From: an uncultured Pseudomonadota bacterium
GTDB taxonomy: Bacteria > Pseudomonadota > Gammaproteobacteria > Xanthomonadales > Wenzhouxiangellaceae
Direction of reading: 5' to 3'
DNA: 64,000 bases
NCBI GenBank assembly: GCA_937138395.1
Contig: CAKZPB010000137.1
Location: forward strand, 13,355-77,354
The first letter of the stretch is position 1; each line of letters opens with the position of its first letter. Below, piece by piece: positions 1 to 9,881 of this stretch. The position numbers and the translations under genes were made by a program. The notes below the pieces were generated by a model. The model was given only the letters and a program-made list of their open reading frames with translations. It did not search any database and had not been told where the DNA came from.

Positions 1-393
1 CTTCGGGGAACCGGAGTCAGCGTGACCCGGCGTGGTGATGAAATCATCCTGAATATGCCCGGTAACGTCACGTTTGATTTCGGCAGTGCAGCACTTAGGC
101 CCGAGTTTTTCGAGGTTTTGAATTCAGTCTCACTGGTCGTCAATGAATTCGACCAGACCGTGCTGGTCGTCGATGGGCATACGGACTCGGTCGGCAGTGA
201 GGCATTCAATCTCGATCTGTCCGCTGAGCGCGCCGACAGTGTCGGCCGATACCTGATGGCACAGGGTGTTCAGCCGGTTCGTATCGCGACCTATGGTTAT
301 GGAGAGGGCTACCCGATTGCGTCGAATCAAAGTGATTCCGGTCGACGTCAAAACCGCAGAGTCGAGTTGACCTTGATGCCTATTACTGGTTGA
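1..393 (+). CDS. OmpA-family peptidoglycan-binding domain protein (C-terminal part; 5' end lies outside the window)
   Basis: The frame is open from nt 1. OmpA C-terminal-like motifs are present: VVDGHTDSVGSEAFNLDLSAERADSV and RRQNRRVEL. Confidence 0.8.
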   Translation, partial: LRGTGVSVTRRGDEIILNMPGNVTFDFGSAALRPEFFEVLNSVSLVVNEFDQTVLVVDGHTDSVGSEAFNLDLSAERADSVGRYLMAQGVQPVRIATYGYGEGYPIASNQSDSGRRQNRRVELTLMPITG

Positions 394-468
394 CCACCCA
401 CTTACTCGAAAACCTGCCGGGCGTGCTGCGAGAATTTTGGCAATTGCCGCCAAAGGCACACCAAAAAG

Positions 469-500
469 CACTAAACTATTGTTTAGTGGATTTGTTTTTT
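469..500 (+). terminator. Possible intrinsic terminator after the OmpA-like gene
   Basis: 8-bp stem CACTAAAC/GTTTAGTG (469-476 / 481-488) with loop TATT, followed by GATTTGTTTTTT. The stem is AT-rich and therefore weak. Confidence 0.35.
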
Positions 501-542
501 CGGGTCCCCAGCGCCCGGTAAAGCCGATCAATCGTTTTTTAG

Positions 543-587
543 CAGTGGCCCCAGTTGACCGTTGACTGGGGCCACTGATGGTTTTTA
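543..587 (+). terminator. Strong hairpin plus T-run immediately upstream of ndk (terminator or 5'-UTR structure)
   Basis: Perfect 13-bp stem CAGTGGCCCCAGT/ACTGGGGCCACTG (543-555 / 565-577), followed by ATGGTTTTT. It lies about 20 nt before the ndk start codon. Confidence 0.45.
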
Positions 588-607
588 TGCGCATACTGGA
601 GCACATC

Positions 608-1012
608 ATGCAACGTACCTTATCCATCATCAAACCCGATGCGGTTGCAAAGAACGTGATCGGGCAAATTTATACGCGCTTCGAGCAGGCCGGCCTGAAG
701 ATTATCGCTGCACAAATGAAGCATCTGAGTACCGAAGATGCCGAAGGGTTTTATGCCGTCCATAAGGCGCGTCCTTTTTTCAATGACCTGGTCAAGTTCA
801 TGACCTCGGGCCCGGTCATGATCCAGGTTCTGGAAGGGGACGATGCCATTGCCAAGCATCGGGAGCTGATGGGCGCAACGGATCCGAAAGAAGCCGCACC
901 CGGCACGATTCGCGCTGATTTCGCAACCAGCATTGACGCGAATGCAGTGCACGGCTCCGACGCGCCCGAAACAGCCACTGAAGAAATCCGTTATTTCTTC
1001 GGAGATCTTTGA
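608..1012 (+). CDS. ndk: Nucleoside diphosphate kinase
   Basis: [13 protein letters not shown]...NAVHGSD is a classic Ndk sequence. The start is taken at the internal Met (608) of ORF 578..1012. Confidence 0.95.
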   Translation: MQRTLSIIKPDAVAKNVIGQIYTRFEQAGLKIIAAQMKHLSTEDAEGFYAVHKARPFFNDLVKFMTSGPVMIQVLEGDDAIAKHRELMGATDPKEAAPGTIRADFATSIDANAVHGSDAPETATEEIRYFFGDL

Positions 1013-1048
1013 GCTATACTCAGAAAGAGTATTCAAACGTTCACTTAA

Positions 1049-2149
1049 ATGACTGAATTTGCCTGCAAAACAAACCTGCTTGGCCTGGATCGTGACCAGC
1101 TCGAAGCGTTTTTTGCCGAACGCGGCGAGGCGCCGTTCCGAGCACGGCAATTGTTGCAGTGGATGTATCAGCGCGGCATCGTTGATTTTGATCAGATGAC
1201 CGACCTGAGTCGGCCGTTACGCGAACGTCTGCAGCATGAAGCAAGCATCATCCCGCCGTCTGTGCTCGATGAGCAACGCTCGGAAGACGGTACGATCAAG
1301 TGGCTGATGTCGCTTCCCGGCGGCAGTGCAGTTGAAACGGTTTTCATTCCCGAGTCCGGGCGGGGCACGCTGTGCATTTCGTCCCAGGTGGGATGTATGT
1401 TGAACTGCACATTCTGTTCAACTGCGACCCAGGGCTTCAACCGCAACCTGTCGAGTGCAGAGATCATTGGACAGGTCTGGCTGGCTGATCAGGCCATTGG
1501 CGAACAGCGCATCACCAATGTCGTTCTGATGGGCATGGGCGAGCCGTTGTTGAACCTGGATCAGGTCATGCCGGCATTGTCATTGATGCGCGACGATCTG
1601 GCCTATGGACTGGCCGCCAGGCGTGTAACCGTGTCCACGGCCGGCGTCGTGCCTGGCATTGATCAATTGCGTAGCGGGCCGGACATTGCGCTTGCCGTAT
1701 CACTGCACGCGCCGAATGATGCGTTGCGCACTCGCCTGGTGCCGTTGAATCGGAAGTATCCGATCAAAGAACTGCTGGCCGCCTGCCAGCGATATCTGGC
1801 TGATCGTAAGCGCAAAGAATCCATCACCTTCGAGTACACGATGATTCGTGGCCTGAACGACACCCCGGCCATCGCCAGGCAATTGGTCCGATTGCTCGGC
1901 CAGTTGCCTTGCAAAATCAATCTGATTCCCTTCAATCCATTTCCCGGCACGCCGTTCGAATGTTCCGAGCCGATGGCGATCGAGCAATTTCAGCGAATTC
2001 TCCGCGCGGGTGGCCTGGTCACGACGGTTCGAAAAACGCGAGGTGATGATATTGATGCGGCCTGCGGTCAGCTTGTGGGTAAAGTATTGTCGCACAACAG
2101 CCGCCGGGCACTGGTGCAACGGCAGCTGGCACAACAGGCTCTCGCTTAG
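1049..2149 (+). CDS. rlmN: 23S rRNA/tRNA m2A methyltransferase RlmN (radical SAM)
   Basis: Radical-SAM motif [14 protein letters not shown] and C-terminal DIDAACGQL. Conserved position after ndk. Confidence 0.95.
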   Translation: MTEFACKTNLLGLDRDQLEAFFAERGEAPFRARQLLQWMYQRGIVDFDQMTDLSRPLRERLQHEASIIPPSVLDEQRSEDGTIKWLMSLPGGSAVETVFIPESGRGTLCISSQVGCMLNCTFCSTATQGFNRNLSSAEIIGQVWLADQAIGEQRITNVVLMGMGEPLLNLDQVMPALSLMRDDLAYGLAARRVTVSTAGVVPGIDQLRSGPDIALAVSLHAPNDALRTRLVPLNRKYPIKELLAACQRYLADRKRKESITFEYTMIRGLNDTPAIARQLVRLLGQLPCKINLIPFNPFPGTPFECSEPMAIEQFQRILRAGGLVTTVRKTRGDDIDAACGQLVGKVLSHNSRRALVQRQLAQQALA

Positions 2150-2934
2150 TGAAAACCCGATTGCTCGTGATAACAACGGCGCTGATCGCTTTGAACGGCT
2201 GTGCCTCCAATAACCTGGACGAGGTCTCGACCCAGCGCAGCGGCTCGGCAGTCGAGCGGATCAGCCCGGTTCGTGCAGCCGAAATCAATACCCGTCTCGG
2301 CGTTGGTTATCTGGAGCAGGGTCAGCTGCAGATTGCCATCGAGAAGCTGGAAGACGCAGTCCGTCAGGACCCACAGCATGCGCCAGCGTTTCTTGCGCTT
2401 GGCATTGCCTATGAGCGGATCAATCAGGTTGACCGCGCACTCCAGCATCTCGAACGTGCGGTGCGGCTTGCTCCAGACGATGGTTCAGCGCACAATAGCT
2501 ATGCAACACTGCTGTGCCGTAATGAACAATTCGAGCTGGCAGATGACCATTTTCGACGCGCACTGCAAGACCCGTTTTATCCGACGCCGCAGGTCGTCCT
2601 TGCCAATGCAGGTTCCTGTGCGCGGCGAAATGAAGCGTATGGAAATGCCGAGCGCTATTTGAGAGAAGCGCTGACGATCGAGCCGAACAATGAAATTTCA
2701 TTGTTCAATCTTGCAGGCTTGTTTTATGATCAGCAGGAGTATTTGCGAGCCCGGGCTTTTCTGCAGCGGCTGGAAGCGCTTTCACCGCTCGACCCGGATT
2801 CGCTATTGCTCGGTTATAACATCGAGCAGTCACTGGGCAGTGCGCGTGATGCACAACGCTACGCTTCGGCTTTGGAAACCAATTTCCCCAATACACCCCA
2901 GGCTTCAGAAATGAGGCGCCAAAACAATGAATAA
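2149..2934 (+). CDS. pilW: Type IV pilus biogenesis/stability TPR lipoprotein PilW (PilF in Pseudomonas nomenclature)
   Basis: Lipobox ALNGCAS and TPR-like repeats. GTG start overlaps the rlmN stop by 1 nt. Syntenic position between rlmN and rodZ. Confidence 0.75.
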   Translation: MKTRLLVITTALIALNGCASNNLDEVSTQRSGSAVERISPVRAAEINTRLGVGYLEQGQLQIAIEKLEDAVRQDPQHAPAFLALGIAYERINQVDRALQHLERAVRLAPDDGSAHNSYATLLCRNEQFELADDHFRRALQDPFYPTPQVVLANAGSCARRNEAYGNAERYLREALTIEPNNEISLFNLAGLFYDQQEYLRARAFLQRLEALSPLDPDSLLLGYNIEQSLGSARDAQRYASALETNFPNTPQASEMRRQNNE

Positions 2935-3853
2935 CAACGAAACGGAACACAATTCGATCGAAATCAAGGAGCCATCAATTGGCCGTCAATTTGTTCAGGC
3001 ACGTCGCTCAAGGGGGATCAGCGTGCGCCAGGTGTCTGAACAAATCAAGCTGCCGGGCTGGGTCATCGAAGCCCTTGAGAATGATGAGCATGAACGAATT
3101 GCACCGGTATTCCTGCGCGGATATATACGACATTACGCAAAATTCCTCGGCCTGGCCAGCCAACCGCTGCTAGCCGACGTCGCGGATCAACAGTCGAGCG
3201 AATTACGTTCAGTCTTGCCGGTCAGGCAGCCCGCAATCAGGCTCGAGCGTTGGTTTAAGTTATCAACGTATCTACTTGTAACTACTCTGATTGTTCCGCC
3301 TTTGATTTACTTCTTTGTGGTCGGTGGCGTCGCCGTTTTTGAGCATGAAGTGGTCAGCACTTCAGTCGAAAACGAGAGCGGCGAGCAGTCGGTCAACGTC
3401 AGTGAGCGGATTGCACAGGCACTTGCAGCTGCCGATTCTTCGGCTGATCCAACCAATCAGGATTCAAGCCCGATGTCAGCGTCAACGATTCCGCTTGCCC
3501 AACTGCGCTCGAACGAAACCGTACAAGATCAACCGGCTGAGCCCGTTCTGGAAACGACTCCTGAGGTCCTGAGTGCAACGCTGGTCCTGGAAATGAGTGA
3601 TGACAGTTGGGTTGAAATTCAGTCCGCCGATGGTCAGAGGCTCGAATTTGACTTGTTGCGCGCGGGCATGCAGCGAGAATATCAAGCCGAACCACCATTC
3701 ACCGTGCTGCTGGGGCGTGCCAGCGCGGTGCAGATCGAACTGGACGGGCAGCCAGTTGCATTCCCGGGTCATGATCAAGCCAGCGTTGCCGAATTCGAGT
3801 TGGGACTGAACAACAGCGCCGAGTCAGCGCCTTCAGCTGATTCCAGCGGATAA
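2927..3853 (+). CDS. rodZ: Cytoskeleton protein RodZ (HTH, TM segment, C-terminal DUF4115-like domain)
   Basis: N-terminal HTH (IGRQFVQARRSRGISVRQVSEQIKL), a central TM segment, and a C-terminal VLLGRASAVQIELDGQPV region. Confidence 0.8.
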   Translation: MNNNETEHNSIEIKEPSIGRQFVQARRSRGISVRQVSEQIKLPGWVIEALENDEHERIAPVFLRGYIRHYAKFLGLASQPLLADVADQQSSELRSVLPVRQPAIRLERWFKLSTYLLVTTLIVPPLIYFFVVGGVAVFEHEVVSTSVENESGEQSVNVSERIAQALAAADSSADPTNQDSSPMSASTIPLAQLRSNETVQDQPAEPVLETTPEVLSATLVLEMSDDSWVEIQSADGQRLEFDLLRAGMQREYQAEPPFTVLLGRASAVQIELDGQPVAFPGHDQASVAEFELGLNNSAESAPSADSSG

Positions 3854-3937
3854 TTGAACTGCGGCTGATGACAACCGCACGGCTTCTTTCGACGGGTTAC
3901 AGCACCTTAAAAACCTGAGCCTATCCGGATTTATGGC

Positions 3938-5206
3938 ATGAAGACTCTCCAAGCCGTTCGCGGCATGCACGACATCCTGCCGGACGACAGCGCAGCGTGG
4001 CAGTGGCTGGAATCAATTCTGAAAACGCAGTTCGAGGCGTATGGCTACGAGGAAATTCGTACCCCTCTGGTAGAACAAACTGAATTGTTCACCAAAGCCA
4101 TGGGTCAAAGCACCGATGTCATCGAAAAAGAGATGTATGCGCTTCAGGCGCGGGGTGATGCTCACTTGTCACTTCGGCCTGAAGGCACGGCAGGTGTTGT
4201 TCGTGCGGTATTGCAGCACGGCTTGTTGAATCCGCCCGGACTGAAAGCCTGGTACTGCGGTCCGATGTTTCGCTATGAGCGACCCCAGAAAGGCCGACAG
4301 CGCCAGTTCTATCAGGCCGGTCTTGAAGCGTTCGGTATCGAAGGGCCGTCGATTGACGCTGAATTGATCGCATTGATTTCACGAATCTGGCGGGCACTGG
4401 GCATCGACCGTCATGTCGTGCTCGAAATCAACAGCCTGGGCGATCGTGCAGACCGTGCGCAGTATCGAGAAACGTTACTGGACTACCTGACGCCACTTCG
4501 CGATCAACTCGATGAAGACAGTCAGCGCCGCCTCGACTTAAATCCACTGCGCATTTTCGACTCCAAAAACGCAACGACGCAGGCAATCATGCTGGATGCG
4601 CCGAAGCTGAGCGATGCGCTGGGACCTTCAGCTCGAACGCATTTCGAGCAGCTCTGTGGGTGCTTGGACGCGCTGGATATCAACTACACCATCAATCCGG
4701 GGCTGGTTCGTGGACTGGACTATTATGGCCGCACTGTATTTGAGTGGAAGACCGAACAACTGGGTGCCCAGGGCACGATCTGTGCAGGTGGTCGCTACGA
4801 CGAGTTGATCGAAATGCAGGGTGGACGCGCAACCCCCGGTATCGGCCTTGCGATGGGCATGGAGCGCTTATTGGAATTGATCCGCGACCAGCAGCAGGGT
4901 GGTTTCAAAACATCCCCTGATGCCTATCTGGTCAGTGCATTGGCTGCTGAGCATACGCTCGCGATTGCAGAGCGACTGCGGACAGATGGGCCGGCACTGC
5001 GCCTGATTGCCGATCTACAAGGCGGCAGCTTCAAGGCACAGTTCAAGCGAGCCGATCGCTCTGCTGCGCGCTGGGCGCTGGTGCTTGGAGATGACGAGCT
5101 GGAGCAGGGCACGATCACGGTCAAGGATTTGCGTGGTAACGCGGAACAACTGACCTTGAACCTGAACCAGGCTGCCGAATGGCTTGAACAGAACAGACCA
5201 GGCTGA
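3938..5206 (+). CDS. hisS: Histidine--tRNA ligase
   Basis: GMHDILP start, class II aaRS motifs (FRYERPQKGRQRQFYQ, GGGRYD) and typical length (422 aa). Confidence 0.95.
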   Translation: MKTLQAVRGMHDILPDDSAAWQWLESILKTQFEAYGYEEIRTPLVEQTELFTKAMGQSTDVIEKEMYALQARGDAHLSLRPEGTAGVVRAVLQHGLLNPPGLKAWYCGPMFRYERPQKGRQRQFYQAGLEAFGIEGPSIDAELIALISRIWRALGIDRHVVLEINSLGDRADRAQYRETLLDYLTPLRDQLDEDSQRRLDLNPLRIFDSKNATTQAIMLDAPKLSDALGPSARTHFEQLCGCLDALDINYTINPGLVRGLDYYGRTVFEWKTEQLGAQGTICAGGRYDELIEMQGGRATPGIGLAMGMERLLELIRDQQQGGFKTSPDAYLVSALAAEHTLAIAERLRTDGPALRLIADLQGGSFKAQFKRADRSAARWALVLGDDELEQGTITVKDLRGNAEQLTLNLNQAAEWLEQNRPG

Positions 5207-5236
5207 ATCGCATGACGAATACCCGTTCAGGCTGTT

Positions 5237-5263
5237 CTGCAATGGCCTGGGTTGCGGTTTTTT
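5237..5263 (+). terminator. Possible intrinsic terminator after hisS
   Basis: Stem CTGCAA/TTGCGG (5237-5242 / 5252-5257, one G-U pair) followed by TTTTTT. Confidence 0.35.
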
Positions 5264-5369
5264 AACTGTTTTTCCATTATCATTCAACTTGAATTTACTA
5301 GAACTGCGAACCAGCGGCTTTTGAACCGCAGGTTCTATCAACCCATATCACGAAGTACCGGATCCAGTC

Positions 5370-6020
5370 ATGTCAGTAGAAATGTACGATGAACACGAAC
5401 AAAGTCAGCGCGTGCAGCACTGGCTGCGCGAAAATGGTTTGTCATTGATCATGGGCGTGGCCCTGGCGTTGGCTGCAATTTTCGGTTGGCGACAGTACCT
5501 GGAATACCAGTCAGGCCAAGCCCATCTGGCCTCCGATTACTACACCGCAGTCCAGCTTGAACTGGAGGAAGATCGACTCGAGGATGCCATCGCGCAGCAT
5601 CAGGTGATGCGTGAATCGGTGCCATCACACAGCTACACTGTCCTGGCCGGCATGTTGATTGCTGCGCGCCAGGTTGAAGACGGAGCGCTACAGCCGGCCA
5701 TTGATCAATACCGTGATCTACTGGCCAATCAGGAGCTCGAGTCGCTGGAGCCGATCGCGCGTCTTCGCTTGGCCCAATTGCTGGCCGCAACCGACCAAGC
5801 CAGCGAAGGCATTGCAGTGCTTGTCGGTGATGCGCCGTTTGGCTTCGAAGCCCTGTGGCTTGAAACGCGTGGCGACCTGCTGCTTGACCAGGGTCAGCTC
5901 CAGCCGGCTGAACAAGCCTATCAGCAAGCACTGGATCAGTTGCGCGGCGAAGGCGGCAACATTCGCATCCTGGAAACCAAACTCAACGCGGTCCGGTCTT
6001 CAGAAACCGAAGTCTCATGA
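5370..6020 (+). CDS. yfgM: YfgM-family membrane-anchored TPR-like protein
   Basis: N-terminal acidic segment followed by one TM (LSLIMGVALALAAIFGWRQY). Position between hisS and bamB matches E. coli and Pseudomonas. Confidence 0.8.
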   Translation: MSVEMYDEHEQSQRVQHWLRENGLSLIMGVALALAAIFGWRQYLEYQSGQAHLASDYYTAVQLELEEDRLEDAIAQHQVMRESVPSHSYTVLAGMLIAARQVEDGALQPAIDQYRDLLANQELESLEPIARLRLAQLLAATDQASEGIAVLVGDAPFGFEALWLETRGDLLLDQGQLQPAEQAYQQALDQLRGEGGNIRILETKLNAVRSSETEVS

Positions 6021-7195
6021 AGCTTGAATCGGACTTTCGTATCAGACGCCTCATCACCCTGATTGTCGCTACGATGCTGGTCACAGGTTGTGGCTGGTTT
6101 GGTGGTGACGAAGACGAACAGCAGCAACCGCTGGAACTCATCGAGTTCGAGCCCCGCTTCAACGTCGATGAACTCTGGTCGACCGCGACCGGCGAGGGAC
6201 TGGATCGTCGCGCGCCCAATCTCCATCCTGAATACACCAATGGCCAGATCTGGATTGCCGATGTCGAAGGCCGGCTGGTGTCCATTGATGCAGAAAATGG
6301 CGAGCGAAGATCGGACTTTGAACTCGACATGGACCTGTCCGCCGGGCCATCAGTCTATGGAAACCGCGTGCTTCTGGGCACGTTCGAGGGCCAGCTGTTG
6401 AACGTCAATGCGAACAGTGGTCAGATTGAATGGCGCACACAGCTTTCATCCGAGATTCTGGCCAAACCGGTACTGCAGGACGGCATTGTGGTTGTGCGCT
6501 GTATCGATGGCCGAATCTTTGGCCTGAACGCTGAAACTGGCCGCCGGGAATGGGTCTATGATCGCAGCATTCCACTGCTGACTTTACGCGGCAATTCGAC
6601 ACCGATCATTCGCGGCGGACAATTGTTCAGCGGCTACGATGACGGCAGCGTAGTGGCGATCCGGGTTGCCGATGGCACCGTGCTTTGGGAGGCCCGCGTC
6701 AGCACGCCGGAAGGTCGCAGCCAGCTCGATCGATTGGCCGATATTGACGGTTCTCTTGTGATTGTTGGTGGCGACTTGTATGCTGTCACCCGCCACGGCC
6801 GGATGGCATCACTCGCGCTCGATTCCGGGCGGATTCAATGGGTCAAGGACGTGCGTTCGCACAGTGGCATCAGCGTCTCCAGAACCCAGATTGCGGTCAC
6901 CGACACCGATGATGCCATCTGGGTAGTGGACCGACAGAGCGGCGATACGATCTGGCGCAGTGAAGATTTACTTCGCCGCGGTCTGACTCAGCCAATCGCC
7001 ATGAGTGACCAATGGGTGGTTGCCGACCGTGAAGGCTATCTGCACTGGTTTGACGCCGACACCGGTCAACTGACAGCACGTACGCGCGCCAGCAAGGAGC
7101 GTCCGGCAGAAAAACCCTTTCTGGTCGGCAATACGCTGTATTTCTATGACGTTGAGGGCCGTCTGAGCGCCTGGCAAATTCGCGAATCCAGCTGA
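6017..7195 (+). CDS. bamB: Outer membrane protein assembly factor BamB (PQQ-like beta-propeller lipoprotein)
   Basis: Lipobox LVTGCGW and repeated beta-propeller blades. 4-nt overlap with yfgM; der lies downstream. Confidence 0.9.
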   Translation: MKLESDFRIRRLITLIVATMLVTGCGWFGGDEDEQQQPLELIEFEPRFNVDELWSTATGEGLDRRAPNLHPEYTNGQIWIADVEGRLVSIDAENGERRSDFELDMDLSAGPSVYGNRVLLGTFEGQLLNVNANSGQIEWRTQLSSEILAKPVLQDGIVVVRCIDGRIFGLNAETGRREWVYDRSIPLLTLRGNSTPIIRGGQLFSGYDDGSVVAIRVADGTVLWEARVSTPEGRSQLDRLADIDGSLVIVGGDLYAVTRHGRMASLALDSGRIQWVKDVRSHSGISVSRTQIAVTDTDDAIWVVDRQSGDTIWRSEDLLRRGLTQPIAMSDQWVVADREGYLHWFDADTGQLTARTRASKERPAEKPFLVGNTLYFYDVEGRLSAWQIRESS

Positions 7196-7208
7196 ATCCG
7201 GTGCCCTC

Positions 7209-8723
7209 ATGAATGTTGATCTCCCGGTCGTTGTCATTGCCGGCCGTCCCAACGTCGGGAAATCAACGCTGTTCAACGCGCTGACCCGAACCCGCGATGC
7301 ATTGGTCGTTGACCAGCCGGGCGTCACTCGAGACCGGATCTACGGGCGCGCTCGACTGTCACAACAATCATCAGCTCAAGCCGCGGAAAATCCGGACGTA
7401 CAGTCCGTCAAACATCACCGCAACCGGCCCAGGGCCCATGCCGCTGATGCATCGGCAGATATGACTGCAGATGACCCATCACAATATCGTGAGGTCCTGC
7501 TGGTCGATACCGGCGGTCTCGACCCTGACGCCGATTCGTTGAATCAACGCGCACAGCACCAGACTCAGCTCGCGCTGGATGAGGCTGACGTCATTGTGCT
7601 GGTTGTTGATGGACGCGGCGCCGTCAGCGCTGAAGATCTGGATATTGCAGCCAACCTCAGACGCCGGGGTACGCCGCTGCTGGTCGCGGTCAACAAGACC
7701 GACGGCATTGATGAACAGACTGCACTGGCTGAGTTTTCTGCGCTCGGCCTGGGAGACCTGGTGCCAATTGCCGCAGCACATCGGCGTGGGCTTGAACGCC
7801 TGTCGATGAAAATCAGTGCATTGCTGCCTGAACCGGCCGAATCCGAGCCACTGCGCAGCCCGGGCGATACCCTGCGTCTGGCGCTGATCGGTCGACCCAA
7901 CGTCGGCAAATCAACGCTGCTTAACCAGCTGCTGGGTGACGAGCGGGCAGTGACGGCAAACCAACCGGGCACAACCCGTGATCCGGTCGAAGGTGAAGTC
8001 GAGCGCGATGGCCAACGCTATCATCTGGTTGATACTGCGGGTATCCGCAGACGCCGGGCCCAGCATGAAACGGTCGAATCGCTCAGCACGCTCAAGGCCC
8101 TGCAAGCAATGGCGAACGCCGATGTGGTGTGTTTGCTGTTGGATTCGACCGAGGGAGTGACTGACCAGGATGCTCGTCTGGCCGGCCATGCGCTTGATGC
8201 CGGCCGCGCGATTGTGCTTGTGCTGAACAAGTGGGACGGTTTGAACGACAAGCAGCGTCAGCAGATTCTCAAAGATGCGGGCGATAAGCTGAAATTCGTG
8301 ATCTGGTCGCCGGTAGTGATTCTATCGGCGTTACACGGTAGCGGCCTTGGTGAGCTGACGGATGCCATCGACACGGTCTATGCTGCGGCGTGTCAGACCC
8401 TCAGCTCGGGTCGATTATCGAGAACACTGAATCGCGCAACTGAAGCGCATCCACCGCCCGTGGTTCAGCGGTTTGCGCCCAAGTTGCGGTTTGCCCATCC
8501 AGGTGGCAATTTCCCCACTCGAATCGTGATCCACGGCAATCGCACAGAGCATGTTTCGGATTCCTACAAACGCTACCTGGTCAACCGGTTTCGCGACGAG
8601 TTCGACCTGGTCGGTGTGCCGATCCGGCTGCTGTTTCGTGATTCCGAGAATCCATTCGCCGGCCGCAAAAACACGCTGACCCCTCGACAGATCAAGCGAC
8701 GACAGCGCATTCGAAAACGCTGA
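7209..8723 (+). CDS. der: Ribosome-associated GTPase Der/EngA (two G domains plus a KH-like domain)
   Basis: Two P-loops (GRPNVGKST occurs twice), DTGG and DTAG motifs, NKTD and NKWD motifs. Carries an extra low-complexity insert in G-domain 1. Confidence 0.95.
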   Translation: MNVDLPVVVIAGRPNVGKSTLFNALTRTRDALVVDQPGVTRDRIYGRARLSQQSSAQAAENPDVQSVKHHRNRPRAHAADASADMTADDPSQYREVLLVDTGGLDPDADSLNQRAQHQTQLALDEADVIVLVVDGRGAVSAEDLDIAANLRRRGTPLLVAVNKTDGIDEQTALAEFSALGLGDLVPIAAAHRRGLERLSMKISALLPEPAESEPLRSPGDTLRLALIGRPNVGKSTLLNQLLGDERAVTANQPGTTRDPVEGEVERDGQRYHLVDTAGIRRRRAQHETVESLSTLKALQAMANADVVCLLLDSTEGVTDQDARLAGHALDAGRAIVLVLNKWDGLNDKQRQQILKDAGDKLKFVIWSPVVILSALHGSGLGELTDAIDTVYAAACQTLSSGRLSRTLNRATEAHPPPVVQRFAPKLRFAHPGGNFPTRIVIHGNRTEHVSDSYKRYLVNRFRDEFDLVGVPIRLLFRDSENPFAGRKNTLTPRQIKRRQRIRKR

Positions 8724-8734
8724 CGGACGCCGTC

Positions 8735-9820
8735 GTGAGCCTCAGCACAATCACCCCGCAGCAGGCCTTGAACGCCATTCAACGGAATCGGCTTACCTTG
8801 CTTGATATTCGTCAGCCGCACGAGCAGCTTCAAGGCATGGTCGAGGGTTCAATTGCGGTGTTGCCTGAAGCACTGAAAGACTGGTGTAATCAGAACGAGG
8901 AGATCGAACTCGGGTTGATTTGTCAGCGCGGCGTTCGATCTGAACGGCTCTGTCAGACGTTGTCGAGCACTTTCGACCGAGTTGTTTCCGTTCAAGGCGG
9001 CATTGAAGCCTGGCTCGATGCTGACCTGCCGCTGGTGCGTCCGGATTCACGTCTTGATGCGGCCGAGGTTCAACGCTACAGGGCGCAGCTGGCTCTGCCT
9101 GCAATCGGAATTGAAGGTCAGGTTCGGTTGAAAAGAAGCCGGGTGCTGGTCATCGGTGCTGGCGGTCTGGGTTGCCCGGCCGCAATGTATTTGGCAGCAG
9201 CCGGCGTTGGGCACCTGAGTATTGTCGATCATGATCGAGTCGAACTGAGCAATTTGCAGCGCCAAGTGCTGCATTCCATCGAGCGGCTCGGTGTGAACAA
9301 GGCATTGTCGGCTCAACAGCGCTTATCCGGACTCAACGATCAGATCCGGATCGAAGCGCATCCGATGCGCGCAGATTCAGCGTCAATCAGAACCCTGGTT
9401 GACCGACATGACCTGATTGTCGATGGCAGCGATAATTATGCGACGCGATATCTGGTCAATCAGGCCTGCCTGAAGGCGGCCAAGCCGCTGGTGTACGGTG
9501 CCGTTGAACAGTTTGCTGGTCAGCTCAGCCTGTTCGATTTCAGTGTCCGGCAGCCACACTCCTCGCCATGTTACGAATGCCTTTTCCCGGCGCACGAACA
9601 CGCCGGTGAAGCCCCCAGCTGCAGCGAGCGGGGTGTGCTCGGCGCCTTGCCCGGTCTGATCGGTTGCATGCAGGCCATCGAGACCATCAAGTGGTTGAGC
9701 AATGTGGGCGAGAGTCTGTGCGGGCGGCTATTGACGGTCAATGCCATGACCATGCAGTTTCGAGAAACCCGCCTTGATCGTGATCCAGCCTGCAGTGCCT
9801 GCGCACAGAACAGCAGCTAA
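8735..9820 (+). CDS. ThiF/MoeB-family adenylyltransferase with an N-terminal rhodanese domain
   Basis: GTG start. Rhodanese-like N-terminus with CQRGVRS active-site loop. Then IGAGGLGCPAAMYLAAAGVG and DHDRVELSNLQRQ (E1-like), plus two CxxC motifs (CYEC, CSAC). Confidence 0.8.
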   Translation: MSLSTITPQQALNAIQRNRLTLLDIRQPHEQLQGMVEGSIAVLPEALKDWCNQNEEIELGLICQRGVRSERLCQTLSSTFDRVVSVQGGIEAWLDADLPLVRPDSRLDAAEVQRYRAQLALPAIGIEGQVRLKRSRVLVIGAGGLGCPAAMYLAAAGVGHLSIVDHDRVELSNLQRQVLHSIERLGVNKALSAQQRLSGLNDQIRIEAHPMRADSASIRTLVDRHDLIVDGSDNYATRYLVNQACLKAAKPLVYGAVEQFAGQLSLFDFSVRQPHSSPCYECLFPAHEHAGEAPSCSERGVLGALPGLIGCMQAIETIKWLSNVGESLCGRLLTVNAMTMQFRETRLDRDPACSACAQNSS

Positions 9821-9852
9821 GCACTGGTTCAAACCAGCCCGATGCTTCCGGG

Positions 9853-9881
9853 CTTGAAAACCGGGCACAAAGGCCCTAACT
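9853..9881 (+). promoter_or_regulatory. Putative sigma-32 (heat-shock) promoter of ibpA
   Basis: CTTGAAA (9853-9859), a 14-nt spacer, then CCCTAACT (9874-9881). This compares well with the consensus CTTGAAA-N13-15-CCCCATNT. A heat-shock gene follows. Confidence 0.5.
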
